Of a stretch of DNA of 64,000 bases, positions 48,110 through 60,800 are shown one piece after another (position 1 is the first letter of the stretch; the number at the start of each line of letters is the position of its first letter). The DNA lies in NCBI GenBank assembly GCA_030704615.1, contig CM060731.1:39184001-39248000 (forward strand). The letters run 5' to 3'. The DNA is from Takakia lepidozioides. Taxonomy: Eukaryota; Plantae; Bryophyta. The position numbers and the translations under genes are program-made. The notes below the pieces were generated by a model, which made no database searches, was not told the origin of the DNA, and saw only the letters and a program-made list of their open reading frames with translations.

Positions 48110-48830
48110 AGGGTAGCCTGTGCCGTTGGCCCAAATGTCCAGTGTCATCTAAGTTGAAGTGAAATCCCCTTTGTATCCAAAGACCCTGTATTTTGGGAGA
48201 TCTCCAAGTCAGGAAAGCCCACCTTGCTATTTTTCACAAAGTCCAAGTGCGACCTCCAATCTAGCATCTGGCGTTGGTCCATGTGTGAAGAATTGAAATA
48301 TAAGACCACGTGCAATTTCCTATGTATCCAAGTGCGTCCCCTATGTCGAGGCCCATCTAAGCCCAAGTACAATCTTCTATTCATGTATCCAAGTGCATCT
48401 CCCATGTAGAGGCCTAAGTGCAATCTCATATGTATCCAAGTACGTCTCCCATGTCAAGGCCTAATTTATTTTTTTCCATGAATTTATTGAGTAGTAACAT
48501 ATTCAATAATTATTAATTATCTAACGTCGAGGCTCCAATCATTGTGCCAAGAAAGCCCACTTTTCATTTGGCCCCAAGTGTCAAGTGTCATCTAAGTCCA
48601 AGTGCAATCCCCTGTGTATCCAAGTGCGTCTCCTATGTCAAGGCCTAAATGGACCTCTAGGGTAGCCTCTGCAGTTGGCCCAAGTATCAAGCCCAAGTGT
48701 AGATCTTCTATGTATCCCAGTACGTCTCCTATGTCGAGGCCCAAGTGCGACTACCGGCATCCAATGTCATCTAAGTCCAAGTGCAATCCCCTAAGTATCC
48801 AAAGACTCTCCAGTTGGGAGATCTCCACGT
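48110..48830. repeat. Degenerate tandem repeat (GTATCCAAGTGCGTCTCCyATGTCrAGGCCyAAGTG units)
   Basis: Copies near 48324, 48385, 48432, 48616 and 48712, plus partial ones. Confidence 0.8.
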
Positions 48831-48999
48831 CATTATTCTTTGCTATTTTTGCAATCTTCCGTGTTGAGACTTCCTATATTGCTATTTTTCGTGAATTTTC
48901 AGTGACCAAAAGTACTGAAATTCCAAATCTCCCACATGAAGGGCCAATCACTGCTCCAAGAAAGGCCAACGGGGTACTGCCATCGGCTCCCCCAAGGGT

Positions 49000-49645
49000 T
49001 ATTGCCTTCCGCTAGGAAGGTGGACACCTTTGTGACACCAATCGGTGGATTGAACCCACAACCACTTCCGAGGTGGTATGTGCCCATTACAAGTGGGCTA
49101 CAACTTGGTTGTCCCTAACTATTTATTGGCTACTCTAAAGAGGAGACCACGCATCCGTGTCAAAAATCGCTAAGCCCCTCTTATGCCTTCCCTAGGTGTC
49201 ACCTCCTCTCCTTTGCGACTACTCCATGATGTGCCTTCTCTAGGTAAGACCTCCCTCCATCGACATCTCTCAATGAACAACTTATGAGAAATAAATGGAT
49301 GACTTTCCAAATTTCTTATGGATGAAAATATGTTCCACTATTCACAAAGAGGAGCCATACGCAACCAGACGCATAAGTTGTTAACATTTGCATACCTGGT
49401 GAATTTTTTTCTTATAGATTATTCTGATAACCGGACCGGCACATGACGAAATTATCTATATACCTTAAATCACTAGGTAATAATAATGATGATATTTGAT
49501 GCCTCCTGAAGGAAGCCTAAATTATGGTATCTCTTCACCCCGAAGGACTATTGCCTTCCGGTGGACAGGTGGACACCTTTGTGAACCCACAACCACTTCC
49601 GAGGTGGTATACGCCCATTACCATTAGGCTACACCTTGGTTGTCG
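49000..49645 (-). mobile_element. Two related tRNA-SINE-like copies (49000-49115 and 49550-49645)
   Basis: Shared TTGCCTTCCG..GGTGGACACCTTTGTGA..AACCCACAACCACTTCCGAGGTGGTAT..CTTGGTTGTC. The minus strand shows A-box-like TAGCCTAATGG and B-box-like GGGTTCAATCC. Confidence 0.55.
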
Positions 49646-51857
49646 ATTGATGGGTAAAATACCCAACACTGGTTGTGACTTATAATTAGCAATGCAATGG
49701 TCCTGTGGATAGCCGACATTCACCCATTGAATATATGACCAGATTTCATATTCCGAATTCAATGTAGAAACTTTTATTTCCCTTTTTTTTAATAAAGAAA
49801 GGGGAGGTAGCCTGTGAGAGCTTTATTGAGAATTATTCTGGGAAAAAAAATTAAAACCCCATTTACACCATAAGGCACACACACCGATATTGGTGAAGAG
49901 AGAAGGGGACCCCTCCATGAGAGAGTCTGATCCAGAATCCAATGCTAACTAGCAACCAAGGTAACTAAGGGGTTTCCAGGAGAAGAGTAAAGGCTGACTT
50001 CGGAAATACAAGAAGAAAGATTCCCTTTCGAGTTTCTTAGGACATGGAAGTATTTCACACAACTCATTCTGTGGCGTGCATGCATTGGTGTTTGTGTGGG
50101 CAACACTGCATGCCAAGATCATTTCTTTTTTGCTCTGTTGGCATCTGATGTGGCATTAGAGGACTGAATGAGCCCCACAAATCTAGTCAAAAGTCCACCA
50201 TACAAGATTGCAGTCAATGCAAAAGAGCCTGCCATCCCTGCAAGTGTGGCCATCACCATTTTGTTCAATGCTTTGCACCCTCCATTTCCTATGCTCCCAA
50301 AGCAAACACATGGGTCATGAGAGATACAAGCATGCTGGCTATCATTTTAGGCTTTGTCCCTTTCAAAGGACATCATATAGTAATTATCAAACATATAGAC
50401 AAATACATAATTATATACAATCTCACATGTTTATTATTATTATTATGATCTAATACAAAGGTTGATTATTGCTTTGTTGGCTCTCTTGTAGAGAGAGACT
50501 TTGCATCATGTTGAAGTCAATGGAGAAAATCTGCTCAGTTGAACCTATTTAAAACACTAACCACAACCTTGCTTTTGCTGCGTTCGGCAGAGCCTTCCGC
50601 AGATTACAGCTTGTTTGTACCATGTGCCATCGACTTCATGTGCATTTTACCACCACAAAGCTTTTCTTTTCCCAACCTTACATTATTTTGTCCGACTACG
50701 AAGTCGGCACATGACACTGGGTGGGTGTTTTCTTCGAACACCGACTCATAAGTACGCTTCCTTCGGGAGGCGTCATATATTATTATTATTATTGTTTAGT
50801 GCTAGATTCTCGGCAAATATGAACACTTGGTCCCAACAAGGAGAACCGCATCATGCCTTCCACATCCCAATCTTTTAAAAAAAAAGGAAAAAAAAAGGAA
50901 ATACCCGGGAGATCCCAATCTGCTTAGATGGGGGTTTTTATTTATCTCTTTCTTTTTTTACATAACGTAAACCCAGAGCTTTCGGTCACTCTACAACCCA
51001 CTATTCAGGAAAAAAATAAATGAAAATATACATTTTTTTCCCCCAAAAGGCAAGCACCACTTAGTTTTTATTGATAGAAGGGGAATAATTGCTTTTCTTG
51101 GTTATACTATTTTTTGTTTTTTATTTTTAAATTCCTTTCCCCTTGCGAAAAAAATATTCCAAATAAAGTTTCCTCACTGGGCGGCCTGGCACCAGTCTGG
51201 GCCCCTGTTTACTTAAGAGAAAGAAAAAGGAAAGAAAATAATGACGTCTGTGTTGCAAGGCCAAAGCTGAAGATTTGAGTAAAAGAAGGGAAGAGGACAG
51301 GTGGGTCGCAGTTTCCTACATCGAGGACTCCATTGAAGCTGCTGTCCGGGTGTGGGGGCCTTCCCCAGCACCGCCGACAGGCACAATGCTTGGTCTGGAT
51401 AGCCCTGTGGAATGATTCCATGCATGCCGAGGGTGCAGAGCAACCAAGTTTCGCAGTTTTGCGGGTCGTTCGGAGATGTTGACTTTCCACGCAATTCATC
51501 GGAGGGTTTAATCCCGTCGAGATCAGCATGCCTGCCTCTGTTTTCATCCTAAATTCACAATCCTGGTGATGGGTTCTTGATGATTTTGAGTTAGATTTGT
51601 TCTCTGTAAGAGAACTGAGGTTGCCCTTCAAAAAACTTCGCGGCCTGCTATCTGAGTTAGATATTCTCACAGAGTCTTTTCATTCAGTTTCTTTGCCCCG
51701 GGTTTGTCTTGAATTTTCTCGGATGCAGGTGCTAGTGCCAATTATAAGGAAACGCGCAGTTTTGGAGGCACATGTTCTCGGGAAATCTGAGAATTTTGCA
51801 AATCTTTCAAGCATCATAATTTGCCAGAGCCGCAGAGGTGAATAGCTCAGCTGCACC

Positions 51858-54800
51858 ATGATGGCGGAGGGGACAAATGTGGAACTTGTAGAAAGAACAG
51901 GGCGTGGAATTGGCGAAGAGCGCAGTTTCGGCGGTTTGGGTGTGGAAGAAGATGACGATCAGGCTTGGCTAGATGAAGAAGGCGGGGATAATGTTGAGGA
52001 GGGCTTTGTGCTGCCACCTCCTTGTATGGGTAGACACCAGCTGCGAGCCATGCTGCGGCGCCAGTGGCTATTGAAGGTCCCTTTCCTTTTATCTGTCCTC
52101 CTTTGTTCTTTTTGGAGGCAGGCTGGATATAAAAGTTGGGATTGCCCCGAATGATTAAAATCCTCATGTTGGAATGGGTCGAATTTCCCCTGTGCCCCGC
52201 ACGATTCCCCTCGCCCTTTCCGAAACCCAGGACGTAATAAAGTTTCCTTCTTTCTTACACCACAATAGTAGTCGGCGACCAACAGCCCTTCTAGGGCTCA
52301 GGATGGTTCTTCCGTCTCCTGCTCATCGTGCTCAGTCAAAATAGGCTGGTGTTTCTTATCGAGATTTTATAGGGCTTAACTTTGTCGTCCAAGGTGCTTA
52401 CAATCTAGCCTGGATTGGTGCCTTACACACGGCATCGATTTGTTTGAACTGAATTGGGAGTGACGTGACTAGTGCTAGTAATGCCCACCACCACTAAAGG
52501 CTCTATCCTAATTTCAGCAATTTTTCTCCATTTAGCAACGTTGCAGAACACTAATTTGGTTCCGCAGAGGAGAGAAAACTTCCTCATACTGGAGAAAAAA
52601 CTATCCAGAGAGGTTTATGATGTGGGTTTAGCTGACATACGCACGAAGCATCACAGGAATTGTTGGTTACCTTACTGAGCAGTTTGAAATTAATGAAAAA
52701 CAGGAATTTTTCTCAGATTGGAAAAGAAAGTCCGAAAGGGCACTGTTGGGACTCCAATTATTTCTGGGCCTCTTGCTTGCCACACATTAAGGATTTCTAG
52801 AATGGAAATAGAAGGGCAAGTGAAATTAGGGGTGTTTGCTGAGAGGTTTTAGGATGGGTACCATGGGTTGTGGAAATTGCAGAGAAGAGGTTGGATACAG
52901 ACAACCATGGAATTCATCAGTCCGCTGCTGATAATGTCACTTCTCGTGTGGGCATGGTCAAAAAGCACAGAGGAGCACTATGACAGCGAGGTTTATGTTA
53001 ACGCCTCTGCTCCAATTCTTGATACCTTTAAGGGCGATTTCTTGACCACGGAGAACCTAGTGCAACTTTGCCCTCCAGAAAAACTTCTTCAGCAGGTTAG
53101 TTTAATTCTTGTCCTCACAGGGTTTACCCTACTGAGATTGATGTCATTATAACCATGTCCAGTATCAGGCGTTCTTAGGGTCAGGAATCAGAGTGTATTT
53201 GTGAGCCTAAGAATCTGAATGAGATGAAGTTTTGCGCACACTCCAAACTTGACTAAAAGTGAAATGGAGTCATATTGAGAGCTCAGTGTCGTGGGCATGC
53301 CAGCCAGTTTCTGCGGAGGAGCTTGCGCTGATTGCAGCTCTGATGAGGGAGAAGCTCCTGAAGGGCCTGGAAGGATTATCAGCAACAAACAGTACAACCC
53401 TTGGCGAGGTTCTGAACCTGGCGGGGACCAGTGGCATAATTCCCTTGTCCCCAGCATTGTTATCTCTCACATTGAAGTGTGTAGACTCTGTTGCACAAGT
53501 GACAACTGCTCTCCAGGTCTTCAGAGATTATTCTGGACCCCTACCAGTACCCACATTTGATGCGTTTGTTGCAGCTCACAAGTTTATACGACGAACCCTG
53601 GGTAGGTGCTTTACCTCTTGAGCACAAGGACCATTTCAGTGTTCACCATAATGTTTTCAATCTCAGTTTGTTTGATGTGTGTGAACTGTCCGTCCTTTTT
53701 CAGCTTTGAGGGATGCTTTACATAGTCTTTCTATCAGTTGAATTTGCCTCAGAAGAGAGGAAGTGTCTTTAGACAGCTATGGCACAGCTTTTTGAGCATG
53801 ACTTTTCCTGACACAGTTTTGTTGCGGCACGGAACCTATGGATTCCTCTTGGACATGCTATAATCTCATTTGTTCATTATTCGCAGGGGCTCTTCCAATC
53901 TAGATTTGGATTTCTGCTTGCAGTGTAGATATTGTGTGATTTGGAAATGAGAGCCCAAGAGCACTCCACCTTCGATTTTAGCTTTCCTACTCCTGCAGTA
54001 TTTCGACTTGCTGGTCAGGCGAAAGTAATACTTGCCTCAGTTAGTGAGTCTGCTCTGGATTGCACGACCCTCTGTTGAAAGAATTTTTCTTCTTGCTCTT
54101 TTCTCCTCATTGAAGGAAATACTTTTAAGACTCTTGAAGAGCATGAGAATTCTTAGGAGGGAAGACTATGATGTAGCTACTCATGCCTTACCAAACCAAG
54201 CAAAGAAGATACCAATGCGAGCACCTAATGATGTCTGCAACAGGGAAAGTTCCTCTACTCCTACGTTATGCCACACTTTCCATTGCCATCCATAGGTCTG
54301 TTCTTGTGAGGGTTTCGGCTAGTCGATACTATGAAGTCCTCTCACTGCTGCATGATGTCACTTGGGTTCGCGGGTTCACCATAAGTTTGCAGATAAGTTG
54401 CCATTAATTGTGGGAGAACTAGCATAGACTGTCTGCAACTGGAGATATTGTCTTCACGGCTATAGCATGTTTTGAATGGACAAACCACTGCACATTGCAT
54501 CCCTCCCTCTCTTTTGCACAAAAGCACCCCTCCTCCACCTCATGATGTTACCTGTCTTGGGATTTTTGCAGAGGCTGGAAAAGGGAAATATGACCAAGCT
54601 TTGCAAATCCAGAGGACATTTGGCAACGTTGTATGTGCCCTCATTGGTGTTTTTCGGTTTCCTAGATTACTCAGCAGTTGCTTCTGATCATTGGGGAGAG
54701 GTAGTGGAGATCAGTGAGTGTCTCATAAACCATCTTGAGATGTACACCCTCAGCTTATGTAGCGGTACTTGGTTGATGATGTGACAGTTTCAGCTTGATC

Positions 54801-57800
54801 ATTTGTGAAGTCCTGTAATACTTGTTTGCAAACTCTACATTTGCAGCTGGGGAATTTACTTTCACTGGGACGCATCACATTTGCGCCAAATTCGACGGAG
54901 GTTGCAGCACTTGTAGACCATCTCATGACAGAAACTGAGGCAAAGTCCTGCTTTGACTACCTGTATCTGCAAATTTGTAATGAAAAGTCAATCTTCGTTC
55001 AATAGTTACTGCACTGACCTCCCGCCAAGACCCTCTTAATAGAGACAATGATGCAGGCAGTGGCTGCAGCAAAGTGCCAAAGAGGCAACTCTTGCTATTG
55101 AGATGGTGTGGAGGGGGGTGTTCTTTTTCCTTGAATCCTGGTATTAATTCTGAGTGATGCGTTTAAGAGGCTGGGTGCTGTCCTCCTCTTGTGCACTAGT
55201 AAGTTTCTGTTCATTCCCAAACTAATTTTACTTAACTGTGATTGCAGCTTTTCAAAGAGGTGTACGGAGGAACCTTTCCAAGTGAGAAGGTAGAATCTTT
55301 CAGTCTGCTGCATTTGAGATTGGCTATGTGCTCTTGTGTAATCTGTCAATCAGTCAACAGCTACCTCGGCCACAATGATTCTGTACAAACTTCAATCGTA
55401 CTTAACCCTCCAGAGGAAATGATCTTGGTAGACTAGTTTGATATAGTGGAAGGACATTTACTTCCCCCGAAGCATCATGTCTTCTTTCAGGCGACAGGAG
55501 TGCTTATCAATCTAGCAGGGTTAACTGCATCCAGCCACCCGGAGATTATGCTGCAAAGCCCAGTCAGTTGTTACCATAGGTTCATCCTTGCTATTGCTTG
55601 CACTGCTTACAAATCGATTGGTATGTCCTTTCGTCAGTCCCTATGGATATCTTTGCTGGGGCATCGCAGGGAAACCTCACCTTCTAACTCTTTCATCTTA
55701 AACCTAAGAATCAAACGATAGAGTGTTTCAGCTGACTATCCAGGCAAATGCTTGCCACTGTACCTGGAAAGGGAGAAAGAAAAGGTTGACTGGTAATTAT
55801 GGGAGGGGGGGCACATATCATATTCAGGATGTCCCCTTTCATTGCTCATGCAATTTGGAAGAGTCTCAAACTAAATCAGCAGAAGCACCCAATTCTGTGC
55901 AGGAGGCTGTCAAGTCTGCTCTGACAAGTGTGGAGAAGGACAAGCCAATGTGGGCCATAATTGTGGTGAAACATATGGATGCTGTAGGTGGCCGCGTAGA
56001 CTACAAAATTAGAATGAATTATACGACTGTGCCTCGCACATGGCAGACTGTTCACAGACGGCGGAAAGGGCTTCTATTGTACTATAAGCAATACTACACC
56101 TCTGGGTTCCTTAGTTTGCAGGTGGGCTTCCGTGGATGATGTCTCTTTCCCTTCATTTTTACCTCTCTCGTTCTGCTCAAACTTGTTCCTTCCTTTTTTA
56201 CAAGAATAGATAGGTGAAGGCGGGCGCCTGTCTGCAAGGGTGCTTCTATGAGGACGCATCATCCATGTTTTCTCATTCGATTGGGATTTCCTCTCGAAAG
56301 CAACTCTGAAAATAGAAATGTTTCTGTGCATCGAGTCTTACCACCTTCAACTACTTCAAATGCACATTTGGCTATAGGAAGAGGCATTGGCATGTTTATT
56401 GAGTGGAACTTTGGATTTGTTCTTACGTAAGCAGGATGCTATCAACTCGTATGTCTTTAAGCTTGTTCCAAGACGGGAAGAATCAGCCCAGTTATCGGAG
56501 AAGCTAATGTGGGGTGCTGCATTTCCAGTTTCTGCATACACCCGCAACAGATTCTACGAGGCCGTATGTTCCTTCAATATTCAATAGGATCCATTTCCAG
56601 CTATTAAGTTTCAGTGTGCCTTCTTGGTAGTTGCAGTACCATCTGATTGCTGACTAGTACTAAATGACTGCCTGTAGAAACATAGGTGGTCTGTACATCT
56701 ATTTCTGGTCTGTGGAGGTTCTACCTGGAAATAAAGGAGTAGAGCCAGAAAAAGAAGATGAAATTTGTGACGTACAGTGAAAGCCCACAGGGCTCATGTG
56801 ATAAAGTAGAGCAGCAGAGAAATAGAAAGAACCGTACTAGAATGTTCATTTATTATGTCCTTGAATGCTCAATGACCTTATGGGGAAGAAGGAATTTTAT
56901 TCGGGGAAGGCCCATGGAGAGAAGAATAGACCAGTGACTATTCGGTTGGGTTGTCAGAACTTGTTGTGTGTCTCTTTGTGTCACAGTTCGGGTGACCCCA
57001 GACGCCACTTCAAATGTGAAGGGTTTGGAAGGTATCTGACAGACAATTGTGTTTCATTCTTTTGTTGCATTAAAGAGGAGCTCTAGTCTATTTCCTGCCT
57101 GGAACACATAAATCTATATATACACATAGTAACTAGATTGTAACTGGCATGGCCGCATGTGATTCTGAAACTAATCTAAATGGCATCGAAATGGCAGGTG
57201 GGACCTATGTTGGGATTACTGATGTGCCTTTCAACTCTTTATGCATTGGGCATGCTTGTAAAGGTTATCTCCTACTCCTCGAAGGGAGAAACACTGAAAA
57301 AAAATATGTGCCTCCTCTGTTTTACCTCTGTTTTCAGTCTGTTGTGATGTTCTGGAACACTTCTTGTGCAGTTATGATGCCGTTTATGTGTCTTAATGTT
57401 GGTGAGTTACTCCTTTGCCTTCAGCTCCCCCTGTAAGCTACCTGCAATCTCAGTGTTCTGCATCTTTACTTGGGCTCAAGCTTGAAGTTTCAGAGGTACT
57501 CAGCCGTTTCAGAGGAATTGCTGTTTGCAAGGCGATGTTGCATTTTCAATAATGGAACTCAACATACTCTTGCACTCTTAAATGTAAATATGATTCGGGA
57601 AACTGGAGACAGTTGATAACAATTGAGTGCCATTCATTCATGGCAGTTTGAGTCCAGCATTTTCAATCCTTCCTTCTCTATTTTGCACTAATATGTGAGC
57701 AGACGAATTTTGATAAAGTTCCCTCTAGTCCTCAACTCTACTATCAGAGATGGGGAGGGCACTTCGGGCAGTATCAGATATTTATCTTCTTTCGCTGTTG

Positions 57801-60800
57801 TCAGGGGTTGGTTGAAGAGAAGGAGAGCAGAGCAAAAGAAACAATGCGCATCATGGGATTAAAAGCCTGGGTGTTTTCTATATCATGGCTTATGACGTAC
57901 TTGGTATGTTAACTATAAAACAGTCAGGTAACTCTATCCCGACAATCGTATTGTTAAGAACGTTGTCTTTGTTGCTTTCCAAATGCTTGAATGCTTGAGC
58001 ATGTCATAGTCTTGGGATCCAAATGCTTGACTACCTCATGAGAAAATAAATGCGGATTGAAATGCGACTCTGTACTTCCTAATTTTCTACAGTAAGTTTT
58101 ACTGGAGCATTACTTTGATGATGTTAAAAGTCACCCAAAAGACAAGAAACTGGGATAACCCATTAAAGATGAAGTTGGGTTTTGAAATACAGAAACTTGG
58201 ATCATTACTTACTGTCTACCTGATGATGAACTTGGGAACAGTTTGGATGGTTTTAAGTTACTAAGTAATGGTACGCTGTTGATGCAGATTGTCTTTTTCT
58301 TAATCTCCTTGTCCATCACTGTACTTCTGTCAACAACTGTTTTTCCTAAAAGGTTTGGCTTGCAAACCTGTGCTCTCTTGTACTATGTAAAATGTGACTC
58401 CTCCCCTGGTAGACCTTTGGTAATTGGCATCTTTACGCCAATCTGCTACATTGTCACACCAAATAGTAGATGATCTTTGTGTTACACAATGGTCACACCC
58501 AGCTAGGCAGGTGCAATGGAAAGTGGAAATCAATAGATTTTGTTGTGGTAGGCCAACATAGTAATGGAAATTTGGTGGCCAAAAACAGAAGTATGACGTG
58601 GATACATCTTTATGTATCTGTTTTTGCCAGGAGGAGGGCAGGAATTTTTTCATTTGTATTGACCTTTCTCATGCATGTGCATGGTCTCGTTCTTTGACGT
58701 ACTTGCTCTTAGAGCTAGCTTTACAAATGAGTTCAAACACATGGCACATTATATTTCTGATATGGGTACTTATTATGTACAGCGACACCAGCCTGCTGTT
58801 TTCACTCTTCTTCCTCTTTACAATGTCATTGATTTCCTTTGGTAAACCCTCACTCCCAATAACTCTCCTGTAACTCATCTTTGGGTATGGAGCTGCTCAT
58901 TGTGATGTATTTAGTCCTGTCATTAGCATATGCTCAACTGCCTGAAAATTGTTTCTTGTTCATGGCTGTTGGGGCTTCTCATTGGCAGAAGGGCAGAGGC
59001 ACTAGAAGAGGATAACAAGCAGTTTGTCTATGTTTTGGTGTATATTTTATGGATTTGGCAATCCTGGTGGATGCTAAGATTGTACTCATAAGACGTTGTT
59101 TGCCGTAGCCTTGTGGCCTGGTGGATGCTAAGAATGAGATCTTTACAGTAAGAGGTTTGGGGTGAAAATATTTCTTGATTTGTATCATTGAACCCCTCAA
59201 AAATTCCTGGCAGTCATGAGCATCTTTTCTTGTGTATACCACTGATTGGTAGTTTCCTTTGTAACTGAGTAACTTCAGACCCAGCAAGTTCTTGTTCAGA
59301 TGTCCTGATCTGTAGAACTTGATGCCTTAGCTACATGAAGTTATCACTTTGTTGCTTTGCCATGCAGTAATTGACCTCTGATTGGTGTTGCAGGCTTTTT
59401 CCTATCAGTATTCTTCTCAAAAGCAAAGCTAGCAGCTATAGTGGCACCCTTCATGCACTTTGCTGCTATTATGCCACGCTACATCTTCTTTCGGACAAGT
59501 AGTGGGCAGGCCATCCCCGGCAAGTCAGTGGCTGCGTTGCTGCCACCAACAGCTTTTACCTTTGGTTTGTGTTACCATGCACGTTATTTGGTCACAAGTT
59601 GTCCTCATCATACACTTTCAATTTGTGTTCTGTCAAGGGGAATGAACCCAAGACTCAACTTTTGCTAACTGGCAAGCAAAAATTAACTATACAGTCAATA
59701 ACATATCGCAATTCGGGGTCGCATGCTTGTACTCAGTAGACAGCTGTGCTCCTCACAGCCTTTGTGGCTGTGTGCTCCATGGCTGAAATTGAAGACACTT
59801 CAATTGAAGGAGGGAAGGTTACCTTGTCAATGTGTGTCATACATCTGGCTGTTGCGTCATTCACATACATGAGGATATAGACATGCATTGTGCCTTTTTA
59901 GAGATGTGAAGTTGCAATCTACATTATCTCCAAGTTACTGACAGGAAGTGGGTAATGTTTTGTACGGTTGCACTTTGCTGGGTATGCTGTTTTCTGGAGC
60001 TGTAGAACGCCAGAAGTTTTTCCTTTTATCTGGAGAATTGTGTCTGATCACTACTGTTTTTGCAGTGCTTATGTAACTGGGCTACTTCACTGGTAACGTG
60101 AGTTTCAGCAGACCCCCTCACATAACAGGACATACCTTGTGTTGCTGCAGGAGTGGACCTGGTGGCTCAGTATGAAGGTGCAGGATTTGGGCTGACATGG
60201 GCTGACGTCAGGGCAGATGAATTTTCGATGGCCTGGATTCTTATGTTATTGCTCGCAGACTTCGTTATATACAGTGGATTGGCTTGGTAGGAACTAAAAA
60301 GATTCCCTACATCTTGCCCAATTTCCCTTGACTTATATGATGTGCAAAGAACCCCTATTTGTTGGTCAGAGATATATGGCCCGTAGGTCCATCTTGTGAT
60401 GGACCAGCTCTCTTGTGCCTACATTGTGGGTTGGTTTCTCTGGAAGGGGAAGATTGGTTTCTGTGTCATAGGATTCAAATGGAAGTCATTGTGGACTAAG
60501 AACTTTGATCTTTCCTAGATAATAATATTGTGTTCTGGATATTTGAAGGTACCTGGAGCAAGTCCTTCCCTCGGAATATGGTGCAGTACAACCACCATGG
60601 TTTTTGTTTGCTCCATCCTTCTGGCGTGCTGGCAGCAAAGGTGTAGCAGCAGCAAAGTACGAGGTTCGTTTATTTGAGTTACCTATACAATCTTCATATG
60701 CTGTTTCAAGGAAAAGGTCTGTCCTGTTCAGACAATGACAGATAGATATCAGTTAGAATTGCTTGATTGAAATCTCAGTGAATTTGACCACAAATGTTTC

